Assembly: GCA_020343595.1 (NCBI GenBank)
Contig: CP070802.1
Span: 132,989-196,988 of the forward strand
Reading direction: 5' to 3'
Length of the DNA stretch: 64,000 bases
Source: a candidate division WOR-3 bacterium
GTDB lineage: Bacteria > Hydrothermota > Tepidihabitantia > SM23-42
The first letter of the stretch is position 1. Each line of letters starts with the position of its first letter. Positions 1 to 8,006 of the stretch are shown here, piece by piece. A program made the translations under genes and the position numbers. Below the pieces are notes generated by a model, which was given only the letters and a program-made list of their open reading frames with translations, was not told the origin of the DNA and ran no database searches.

Positions 1-326
1 TTCTCAAGCACCTTCTGAAGAAAATCGATCCTGTAGGGACGAAGGAGCAACCCTGCCACTCCGGCAAAAATAGCTTTTTCGAGGTTCATAACCGCATTCC
101 GATCAGCGACAAGTATGATAGGAACTTCCTCATGCTGTTTTCTCAACTGATCGAGTATCGTCAATGCCGTTATGTCAAGGATACACAGATCGCATCTTTT
201 CTTCCTAACGGCCTTGCGCAATTCGCCAATGCTCGACACTTTAGTATTGCTTAACCCCAGTTGACTTAGATGACGGGAAAGAGTAGTGAGCCTAAGGCGG
301 TCCGGGTCGAAAACTAATGCTTCCAT
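1..326 (-). CDS. Response regulator receiver (CheY-like REC) domain protein, partial (C-terminal part lies beyond window start)
   Basis: ORF not in the supplied track. The reverse complement of 1-326 translates as MEALVFDPDRLRLTTLSRHLSQLGLSNTKVSSIGELRKAVRKKRCDLCILDITALTILDQLRKQHEEVPIILVADRNAVMNLEKAIFAGVAGLLLRPYRIDFLQKVLE. It has REC-like motifs: a CILDI acceptor Asp, PIILVADRN, and xxLLRPY. Its ATG (324-326) overlaps the TGA of the upstream cyclase gene (ATGA), implying translational coupling. Confidence 0.55.
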   Translation of the reverse strand, partial: MEALVFDPDRLRLTTLSRHLSQLGLSNTKVSSIGELRKAVRKKRCDLCILDITALTILDQLRKQHEEVPIILVADRNAVMNLEKAIFAGVAGLLLRPYRIDFLQKVLE

Positions 327-2593
327 CAAAGAGTCAAGACTTCATATAGCATCTTAATTCTCTTGTTATCTGTATCATACATGTTGTGGCGGTCATCTAT
401 GATGAAATCGTCGATACGCGCATCGACTATCGCCTTATTCTTGTTCAACTCGCCAAGCAAATGCGCGCCCTTCGGCACAACTGACACTTTGAGGTCAGAA
501 AAATTATAACCGTGCGTTGTCTCACGTAACTCCCGTAGGAGTTTGCAGTATTTCTCATAACTGCTTTCTTCAATGGGATACTCGAAGTTATCCGCATTGA
601 GGACGAGGTTTATCAATGTGGGAAGGTCACATATGATGACCGAACGGCCCGGTTGTCTCTCTCTTGAATACAGATTGGCATCGGCCAGGATCGGACCTAC
701 CAGGTCGGGATCCCCGTAGGAGTTGGGCGCGAAGATAACATCCTGGTCTGGCACTCCCGAAGCGATACCGACGCCGATCCGGAAAAGACTCTTGAACTCA
801 GGCGGCAGCAGCGCATAGGTTATACCATCCAGTTCGAGCGTTCGCTCGGCGACGTCGGCAAACCATTCCCGGTAATGCACGAAATTCGCCCGGATGAACT
901 CCTCCGCTCTCTGTACGATGTCACGCGCGCACAGAATCGCACGCTTTGCCGCGTCCACTGCAGGAATTATGTCGCACTCGCCACCCGAACATATTGAATA
1001 ACGAAGTTTCGTTCCCTTGCCGGTAACCGATTCGGTGTATAGATAGTTGTAGAGAGATCCTGAATTCTCGGAAAACCAGACCAGTCCTCCGTCACCGGTA
1101 TCCTTGAGCAGAAAACCATCATATCTCTTCACAACCTGTGCCATTTCCCTGGCAAATTTGTGCTTTATCCGTTGCTCCTTGACCGCATCGTTCAACTTGA
1201 TGCCCATGTACGATGAGCCCCGTATGTCGTACACCAATGTCGTCACGCATTTCCGATATCTACCCGCGTACTCTATGATCTCCCGCGGCTTTTCAGCCGC
1301 CTTTCCTCCCAGTTCAAGAACATTATTGCCGGTCAGAAAAACGGTCTTCAGATTCGCCAGATCAACAGTGACCCTCGGCGCTTCGTTCTCATCCGGCGGC
1401 AGGCAGCTGACAAGATTCAATAAACACTGGCCCATATGATCGGGGAGGATAGTTCTCTTCATGAACGAGTTGTATGCATCGATAAGCCGATCAATTTCTA
1501 ACTCGACCGAGATGAGTCCACGCTTCTCGAATTTTCTCAGCACGGAAACACTACGACTCTTTTTGCGATAGATCTCCTCCAGCTCCTGTGTAACAGACTT
1601 AGTGAAGTTCCTGTGTTCATCCTTTGTCAACGGCCCGAATCTGTACATGAAAACATATTCAGCAAATATCTCGCTTACCGGTTTCGTGACGTCCAACGAT
1701 CGTGTCTCTGCATAATGCTTGAGATTCTCTTCTTGTTGGAGGTTATCGATTATTTCCTTCTTCTTCCGTTGATAATCCTTGAGGTGATAGATATTGCCGA
1801 GGAACATCCGATCGAGCCTCGAGAAGAGATTGGAAACCTTCTGGGTAATCACGTTCGTATCAGCATCGTGCACCACATCCTTATCGAGGATATCATGCAG
1901 CCCCTGATTCGTCTCCGCGAAGAGACCTTCGAGTTGCTCCTTGATCCGGAATGAATACATATCAATTGTCTTGAGCTCCTCTTCAGACTTGCTTCGGACA
2001 TCGCGGAGGATTACCGATAGCTTCCTGATCAGTTTGGTGAGGGATGTTGCCGACAGATAGTTCAGATATATCGCCGGTATTTTCTCGACCGCATCTTTCA
2101 TACCGGAAATACCGAGACGCTCGACATCGGAAAGGAAATCAGGTAGCAGGGTCTCAACCCGTGCTCCGATGATACTCTTGTGCACAGCCAGGAATATATC
2201 GTGCGCAAGTGAAACCTCCCGCATGTCTTTGTTGTATTCATTTATCTTTTTCCGGGTGGTCGATTTTTCGATCATCTCGACCAGCTCCTTCGGGCACTTC
2301 TCAACGAGGGCTTCTGGTATGGGCATGCCCCGTTTTTTGTGACCAATAAACAGCGGTAATTCGAAACCCTCGTATTCACTGATCTTATGCCCCAGTTCGA
2401 GTATGAAATTACGCCGATTCTGGAAAACCTTGACCGGCGCCTTCGAAATGCCAAGACATGCCAGACCCTGTTCGATCGCCGAAAGACATTCTGCGTATCG
2501 TTGCTCACTGACAAATCTCTGCCCGATCATCTTGTAGTAATTGCTCTGCTCCTCCACGTGATCCTGCAGTACATTCATCCTGTGCGTGTTCAT
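326..2593 (-). CDS. Large cytoplasmic protein with a C-terminal class III nucleotidyl cyclase (adenylate/guanylate cyclase homology, CHD)-like domain (755 aa)
   Basis: Motifs read from the translation: TLVYDIRGSSYMG (like F-DIvGFT, metal Asp), LKDTGDGGLVWF (like KtiGDaym, second Asp), and RIGVGIASGV...GDPDLVGPILADANLYSRE (like rIGihtG...G..vN.AsR, with Asn and Arg retained). The ~430-aa N-terminal region is helical with no TM segment. It overlaps the upstream paralog by 4 nt. Confidence 0.6.
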   Translation of the reverse strand: MNTHRMNVLQDHVEEQSNYYKMIGQRFVSEQRYAECLSAIEQGLACLGISKAPVKVFQNRRNFILELGHKISEYEGFELPLFIGHKKRGMPIPEALVEKCPKELVEMIEKSTTRKKINEYNKDMREVSLAHDIFLAVHKSIIGARVETLLPDFLSDVERLGISGMKDAVEKIPAIYLNYLSATSLTKLIRKLSVILRDVRSKSEEELKTIDMYSFRIKEQLEGLFAETNQGLHDILDKDVVHDADTNVITQKVSNLFSRLDRMFLGNIYHLKDYQRKKKEIIDNLQQEENLKHYAETRSLDVTKPVSEIFAEYVFMYRFGPLTKDEHRNFTKSVTQELEEIYRKKSRSVSVLRKFEKRGLISVELEIDRLIDAYNSFMKRTILPDHMGQCLLNLVSCLPPDENEAPRVTVDLANLKTVFLTGNNVLELGGKAAEKPREIIEYAGRYRKCVTTLVYDIRGSSYMGIKLNDAVKEQRIKHKFAREMAQVVKRYDGFLLKDTGDGGLVWFSENSGSLYNYLYTESVTGKGTKLRYSICSGGECDIIPAVDAAKRAILCARDIVQRAEEFIRANFVHYREWFADVAERTLELDGITYALLPPEFKSLFRIGVGIASGVPDQDVIFAPNSYGDPDLVGPILADANLYSRERQPGRSVIICDLPTLINLVLNADNFEYPIEESSYEKYCKLLRELRETTHGYNFSDLKVSVVPKGAHLLGELNKNKAIVDARIDDFIIDDRHNMYDTDNKRIKMLYEVLTL

Positions 2594-5007
2594 CTCAAGG
2601 TCTCCGTGTAGATCTCAAAAAGCAATTTAGACCGTTCTACCTTCTCAAGTTGGATATCAGCGCTTTCATCGATCACTATATCATTGTCGTCGAGCACGAT
2701 CTTCAGTTTTTCCGTATCCGCCATCTCCCGTCCGAACTTGGCGGCGAATATTTTGTGCAGATCAAAGATAAACCCCTTGCGCGTTGCCCGCTGCCTGATC
2801 CAGTACTCCAATCCCTGCTGGATATTCAACTGCACGGGATCAATCCGCAAGCCGGCTTCGCTGAGGAACGAAAATCGCTCAACATTGAGCAGCGTATTGT
2901 ACACTGTTGCGTCATCACAGATGATAGTGGACTTGCCCTTTGCTTTAACCGTTGAATAGAGGTTCGCCTCCCGGACAAGCATCCCGGTCAAATCGTATTC
3001 ACCAAAAGCATTCTTCTCCAGATACAACTCACGCGGATAATGACCCGAGGCAATACCGATGCCTACTTGAAAGATTGTCTGATAGGAAGGCGGTAATGTC
3101 GCATAGGTCGCTCCTTCAAAATCGATCTCGCGTTCTTCCGCTTCACGGAACCAATCATGATATCGATGTAGGTTCCTTTGGACAAACAGCCCGGCTTCCT
3201 GGACCATTTCTATCGCACAGCGGACTGCTCCCAGCATATTGCCCGACTCCGGTTCTAATGTCTTCTCGTCCTTTATGTCATAGTGGTTCTTGGCAAAGAA
3301 TATAACACCACCATCGCCGGTATCTTTAACAGGAATGCCACCATACTTCTCGGCAACATAAAGCATCGATTCCTGGAAGAGATTCCTTATCGCACTTTCC
3401 TTTTCGGCGTTCTTCAATTTCGCACCCATGAAGGTCGAACCCCGTATATCGTACACCAAGACTGACACGAGATTCTTATAGCGCTCTACGTTGACATCCG
3501 AAACGGTACCATCGGATGGTACAATGTTCACATCCTTTTCAATCATCGAAACACGACCACAAAGTGCCTCCTCTCCGAGGTAACGGATACCCTCGGGGGT
3601 CATCATGTCCGAAAGCTTCGGATAGTAATCAACCAACTCCTCCAGCAGGATGCACTTCACAAGCGGCGTAATGATCTCATCGACGATCTTGGTGAACTTA
3701 CCGATAATGAGCCGGCTGTCATATTTTTCCTTCAGCAGTCCAGGCGTTTTGTATTGGCTCATCAACTGCTGAGCGGCCTCATCGTTCTTCAGATCGTTCA
3801 AGGCATCCCGGATTATCAACTGCAGCTGTTCCTCACCAATTTTATCGTGTCTGTGCAGCACTTGCATTACGCACGGATCCCACTCGTCCTTAACGACCAG
3901 CCGGCCGAGATCAGCCGGCTTATAGCGCATAACCTCCTTAAGATTGTTCTCCCGGTCTAGACATTCCTGATACTCCCATTTCAATATCTTCAGATCATAT
4001 GCATTACCGATCACCGAGCGATGCAATCTTTTCACCATGTTCTCGATGGCCTCCTCGGTCGAGAAATCTTCGGCAAGATTGATGAGACTGTCGCTCATTA
4101 TATTCGTCGTCTCGCTTATCTTCCTCCGAATACTCTGCATCTTTTCGTTGATCGACCTCTTCTTTTCCGAAATATCAGCCATCAATCGGCGTCCGCGCAT
4201 CTGCAGTGCATCGATGATGAGCGTCAGCGCGCTCTCGTCGGGAAAGAAAAACCTGGATCTCAAAATATCACCGATCGCTTTTTTGTTGAGCGCTGGTAGT
4301 TTGCCCAGGGCATCCATGATCCTTTTTGTTTCATCAGTGTAGTAGTAGCGTATCATTCCCTTCATTATTGCGGTGAACACCGGTTCCGGGAGACCCTTCT
4401 TCATGAAGGTGGGATTCAGGACCTTCATCATATCAACATAACTCGTCTTCGGCACAAAAGGCACGTGTTCGTATGAATCAATTATTATATTGTCAACGAC
4501 AACTGTTCGCCTGGTCAGCGAGTTTCTGATATAACTGAACAGTTGATTGACGACTGCCCCGAACCTTTCCGACAAAACAATCTTTGTTTCTGCGGACTCG
4601 GGGAGCAGCTTGCGGGTGAGGATATCACGCAGTAACTTCCGATTAGCGATTTCAAATACCACAACATTAGAACTGATACCTTGGACAAAATCCTGATATA
4701 TGTTGAATATATGTTTGCTATACCGTTCAAAAAACTGTTCCCATTGATCTATCTGAGATTCATCCCCAAGAAACTTTATATAATTAGAAATAAAGTCGCC
4801 CTGCAGCGTGAAAATCCTTCGACCTAGATAGACAAGTTCCTTGCCGTTGTTGTGCTCCAACTTCTCAATGAACGGATCGCGCCTCGTGATCTTCTTCAGT
4901 ACCGAAAAGTAACGTGTGAAATTCGCGTTATCGCGATATGTGGCGTGTAGTTTCTCGTAGTATGGTGTCTCGTGAATTACCTTATCCTCGATATCCTTGT
5001 CGATCAT
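2590..5007 (-). CDS. Paralogous CHD-like nucleotidyl cyclase domain protein (805 aa); Arg of the C-terminal N..R pair replaced (ANLYSTV)
   Basis: Motifs VLVYDIRGSTFMG, VKDTGDGGVIFFAK and QVGIGIASG...GEYDLTGMLVREANLYST. Same architecture as the 755-aa neighbour. Its start ATG overlaps the mltG stop (ATGA at 5004-5007). Confidence 0.6.
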   Translation of the reverse strand: MIDKDIEDKVIHETPYYEKLHATYRDNANFTRYFSVLKKITRRDPFIEKLEHNNGKELVYLGRRIFTLQGDFISNYIKFLGDESQIDQWEQFFERYSKHIFNIYQDFVQGISSNVVVFEIANRKLLRDILTRKLLPESAETKIVLSERFGAVVNQLFSYIRNSLTRRTVVVDNIIIDSYEHVPFVPKTSYVDMMKVLNPTFMKKGLPEPVFTAIMKGMIRYYYTDETKRIMDALGKLPALNKKAIGDILRSRFFFPDESALTLIIDALQMRGRRLMADISEKKRSINEKMQSIRRKISETTNIMSDSLINLAEDFSTEEAIENMVKRLHRSVIGNAYDLKILKWEYQECLDRENNLKEVMRYKPADLGRLVVKDEWDPCVMQVLHRHDKIGEEQLQLIIRDALNDLKNDEAAQQLMSQYKTPGLLKEKYDSRLIIGKFTKIVDEIITPLVKCILLEELVDYYPKLSDMMTPEGIRYLGEEALCGRVSMIEKDVNIVPSDGTVSDVNVERYKNLVSVLVYDIRGSTFMGAKLKNAEKESAIRNLFQESMLYVAEKYGGIPVKDTGDGGVIFFAKNHYDIKDEKTLEPESGNMLGAVRCAIEMVQEAGLFVQRNLHRYHDWFREAEEREIDFEGATYATLPPSYQTIFQVGIGIASGHYPRELYLEKNAFGEYDLTGMLVREANLYSTVKAKGKSTIICDDATVYNTLLNVERFSFLSEAGLRIDPVQLNIQQGLEYWIRQRATRKGFIFDLHKIFAAKFGREMADTEKLKIVLDDNDIVIDESADIQLEKVERSKLLFEIYTETLR

Positions 5008-5960
5008 TGGTATCGCTCCTTTGCCAGAGCGTGCTCTCGGTATGTCCGGGAGAAGTGATGGCGTCCATCACCCTTTGCCACGAAGTAGAGATAATCAACA
5101 TCGGCTGGACTCACCGTGGCCATTATGGAACTCTCACCCGGCGAACATATTGGCCCGGGAGGAAGACCAAGGTGCAAATATGTATTATACGGCGAGTTCA
5201 CCATGAGATCCTGGTCGGTCAACTTCTGCTTGGAAACTGGATGCTCAGCTGTCTTCAATATGTAGAAGATGGTCGCGCATGATTCCAGCGGTCTCTTCGA
5301 CTTCATCCGGTTCAAAAAAACACGGGCGATGATCGGCCGTTCATCCTCATATTTTGCCTCCCTTTCCACAATCGATGCGATTATGACCGCCCGGTGCAGC
5401 GAATCGTCATTCTCAAGGCCGTATTTCGGAATCCTGCGCTGGAAGTTACGGACCATCATTGCGATCACCGATTCCTCGTTCTGCATTGTGCTCATAGAAT
5501 AGGTATCAGGGAAGAGATAACCCTCGAGCGACCCACGGTCAAGGCCGAGTGCATGGATCAAACTGTCATCGCTGCATAATTCCACGAACCGCACATAATC
5601 CACCAATCCATGAGCGGCAAGGACCTGTCCGGTTTCGTATATCGTCGAACCCTCCGGTATCGTAACAATAACCTCAGATCTTCCACCACTTCTTAGTTGG
5701 TTTATCAAGTACAGAGGGTTCTTGTATTTGTATAGTTCATAGATGCCGGCTTTCAGCTCTCTTTCCTGCCCCGACACCTTCAGTAGAAGCAGAAATTCAT
5801 CTACATTCCTTACGATCTCATGCTCGGCAAGGAAAACCGCGATCTCCCGCGCGTTCGCATTGTCCGGGATCGTTACCTCGGTTCGTCCAAGATTCAGGGG
5901 CTGCCACCATACCACAACGATGACCAAGATGAGTCCAAATATCAGTAATTTCCTGTTCAT
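5004..5960 (-). CDS. mltG: Endolytic murein transglycosylase MltG (YceG family)
   Basis: N-terminal TM helix and YceG-like motifs (VIIASIVEREA, SPYNTYLHLGLPPGPICSPG). Overlaps ruvX by 4 nt. Confidence 0.85.
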   Translation of the reverse strand: MNRKLLIFGLILVIVVVWWQPLNLGRTEVTIPDNANAREIAVFLAEHEIVRNVDEFLLLLKVSGQERELKAGIYELYKYKNPLYLINQLRSGGRSEVIVTIPEGSTIYETGQVLAAHGLVDYVRFVELCSDDSLIHALGLDRGSLEGYLFPDTYSMSTMQNEESVIAMMVRNFQRRIPKYGLENDDSLHRAVIIASIVEREAKYEDERPIIARVFLNRMKSKRPLESCATIFYILKTAEHPVSKQKLTDQDLMVNSPYNTYLHLGLPPGPICSPGESSIMATVSPADVDYLYFVAKGDGRHHFSRTYREHALAKERYQ

Positions 5961-6367
5961 GACTGCCTTTTGAGCAGGTACTCTTCAAGCATGAGCGAAG
6001 CCGCAACACGGTCAATATCTTCCTTCTTTGCGCTCAAACCGGCTTCTTTGAATTTGTTGACCGCAAATTTGCTCAGGTAACGTTCATCCCATTTCTGAAC
6101 TTCGATGTCGAGCTGTTGCTTCAACCTCTCTATGAACCGTTCGATCTTCCGACTGAACTCAGTAGGTTCACCCCGCAAAGAGACCGGATTACCCACAATA
6201 ATCAAGCCTACGTTGTTCTCACTGGCGATACACTTAAGTCGCTTAATTAAATCAGCAATCGACTTCGGCCTTATCGTTACCAATGGCTGAGGTATAGTAC
6301 ACAACGGATCGGTTATTGCCACGCCAACCCTTTTCTGTCCATAATCGACTGCCATAATTCTCGTCAT
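5957..6367 (-). CDS. ruvX: Putative pre-16S rRNA nuclease / Holliday junction resolvase-like YqgF (RuvX)
   Basis: MTRIMAVDYGQKRVGVAITD...GLIIVGNPVSLRGEPTEF matches YqgF. The start was moved from the tool's 6451 to the ATG at 6367 (conserved MxxDxG N-terminus). A TTGACA-N16-TATAAT promoter lies 10 nt upstream. Confidence 0.75.
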   Translation of the reverse strand: MTRIMAVDYGQKRVGVAITDPLCTIPQPLVTIRPKSIADLIKRLKCIASENNVGLIIVGNPVSLRGEPTEFSRKIERFIERLKQQLDIEVQKWDERYLSKFAVNKFKEAGLSAKKEDIDRVAASLMLEEYLLKRQS

Positions 6368-6377
6368 GTTTTCACAA

Positions 6378-6405
6378 ATTATACCGATATATTTATTTCT
6401 GTCAA
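6378..6405 (-). promoter_or_regulatory. Sigma70-like promoter for ruvX-mltG-cyclase operon (TTGACA-N16-TATAAT on minus strand)
   Basis: The plus strand shows tgtcaa (6400-6405) and attata (6378-6383). The -10 box ends 10 nt before the ruvX ATG, giving a near-leaderless transcript. Confidence 0.5.
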
Positions 6406-6411
6406 TATTTA

Positions 6412-6439
6412 TTGACTTTGAACGCTTATTTTGTAGAAT
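6412..6439 (+). promoter_or_regulatory. Sigma70-like promoter (TTGACT-N16-TAGAAT) for ubiA-family gene, divergent from ruvX promoter
   Basis: ttgact at 6412-6417 and tagaat at 6434-6439. Its -35 is part of the near-palindrome tgtcaatatttattgact that it shares with the opposing promoter. Confidence 0.45.
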
Positions 6440-7257
6440 ATGTAGTGGCATATTTGCACATAATTCGCCCGGTGAACTGTATCATAACCTCGATTTCCGT
6501 ACTGGTTGGTGCGTGGATAGCAAGGCAAATAACACTTTCAAGCACTCTGGTCATCGCCGCGCTCATTGGTTTTACCGTATGTGCCTTTGGTAATCTCATA
6601 AATGACATCAAGGATATTGAAATTGACCGGATCAATAATCCAATGCGTCCTCTTCCGTCAGGCAAAGTCAAAAAGAATATCATCTGGTTCATGGCGTTCG
6701 CGTGCATGGTAATCTCCTCAACGGCTTCCTTCTTTCTTGGTAGAATTCCGTTTCTCATCGTAATTGCCGCACTCGTCATGCTCATATTCTATTCCGTATT
6801 TCTAAAGAAAACGGTTTTTGGCAATATCACCGTGGCTCTAATAGCAGGACTGAGCTTCATTTTCGGCGGTGTCGTTTCCAGCAACATGCTGGCTGTCATA
6901 CCAGCAATATTCGCGATACTGATACACATGCCGCGCGAAATCGTGAAAGATGTGATGGACATGAAGGGCGACAGAATGACCGGTGCCGTTACCATTCCAA
7001 TAATGCTTGGCCCCTCACGGGCATACAGCATCAGTGCCATCTTCCTCGGCCTCTTGTGTCTGGTGCTTCCCATACCCTATATCGCTGGCATGCTGGGCAC
7101 TGCTTATATCATTATCGTCCTTGCCGGAGCCTATCCTCTTCTCGGCTATATGATATGGCTGCTTCTGAGAAAACCACCCGCCACTACCCTACCCCTCATT
7201 AGCAATCTCATAAAAGCATCGATGATCGTGGGGTTGCTGGCAATGATCATTTCATGA
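6412..7257 (+). CDS. UbiA family prenyltransferase (integral membrane)
   Basis: NDIKDIEIDRINNPMRPLPSG matches the NDxxDxxxD prenyl-diphosphate binding motif, and the protein has multiple TM helices. The tool start is a TTG at 6412; the true start is uncertain and may be the GTG at 6445 (MAYLHIIRPVN), which would be leaderless. Confidence 0.7.
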   Translation: MTLNAYFVEYVVAYLHIIRPVNCIITSISVLVGAWIARQITLSSTLVIAALIGFTVCAFGNLINDIKDIEIDRINNPMRPLPSGKVKKNIIWFMAFACMVISSTASFFLGRIPFLIVIAALVMLIFYSVFLKKTVFGNITVALIAGLSFIFGGVVSSNMLAVIPAIFAILIHMPREIVKDVMDMKGDRMTGAVTIPIMLGPSRAYSISAIFLGLLCLVLPIPYIAGMLGTAYIIIVLAGAYPLLGYMIWLLLRKPPATTLPLISNLIKASMIVGLLAMIIS

Positions 7258-8006
7258 TCGAAACCGTAATATTGGGGATCGTCCAAGGACTCACCGAGTT
7301 CCTGCCCGTTTCGAGCTCGGGCCACCTGGCCGTGCTTGAAAACATGCTGGGTATCGCCGAACCGATGACACTCGCCGTCTTTCTGCATTTCGGTACGTTC
7401 CTTGCCGTCATCGCTTTCTTCTTCAAACCACTCTTAGATCTATTTCGAGGAATCTTCACCGGTGATCGTCCGAGCACAGTATATGTAGGCAAGATCCTCG
7501 TCGGTACCATCCCAATCGTGGTTGCAGGGATACTCTTAAGATCATTGGTTATCCAGACCTTCAATAATATGAATATTGTGGCTATCCTACTCGGTTTCAC
7601 AGGTGCCGTCGTACTGCTCACCGGTGTAGTGCCAAAGAGAAATAAACAGGTAACTCTTGTCTCAGCGGTTTTGATCGGTATCGCTCAGGTGCTCGCGATC
7701 CTGCCCGGCATATCCAGATCCGGCATGACCATTTCAGCCGGATTATTCAATAGAACAGATCCGGAACAAGCTTTCCGTTTCTCTTTTCTGTTATCGATAC
7801 CAGCCGTCCTCGGCGCCAATCTCCTCGAACTGCAAAATCTCTCGGGAATCACAAACCTTCCGGTGCTGATCGTGGGAATGCTCTGCAGCTTTGTTAGCGG
7901 GCTGATCGCCCTTGCAGTCCTGCGGCGCGCAGTCTACAGAAAATTCCATTTCTTCGGAGTCTACTGCCTGATAATCAGTGCAATATTATTAATAATTCAA
8001 ACATGA
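7254..8006 (+). CDS. uppP: Undecaprenyl-diphosphatase UppP (BacA)
   Basis: GLTEFLPVSSSGHL and PGISRSGMTISAGL signature motifs. Confidence 0.9.
   Translation: MIETVILGIVQGLTEFLPVSSSGHLAVLENMLGIAEPMTLAVFLHFGTFLAVIAFFFKPLLDLFRGIFTGDRPSTVYVGKILVGTIPIVVAGILLRSLVIQTFNNMNIVAILLGFTGAVVLLTGVVPKRNKQVTLVSAVLIGIAQVLAILPGISRSGMTISAGLFNRTDPEQAFRFSFLLSIPAVLGANLLELQNLSGITNLPVLIVGMLCSFVSGLIALAVLRRAVYRKFHFFGVYCLIISAILLIIQT

Noticed and set aside
1104-4730. Multiple 60-120-aa ORFs on the plus strand and in alternative minus frames inside the two cyclase genes
   Set aside because: They are nested within long, motif-supported ORFs and lack start-site signals, so they are antisense or alternate-frame artifacts.
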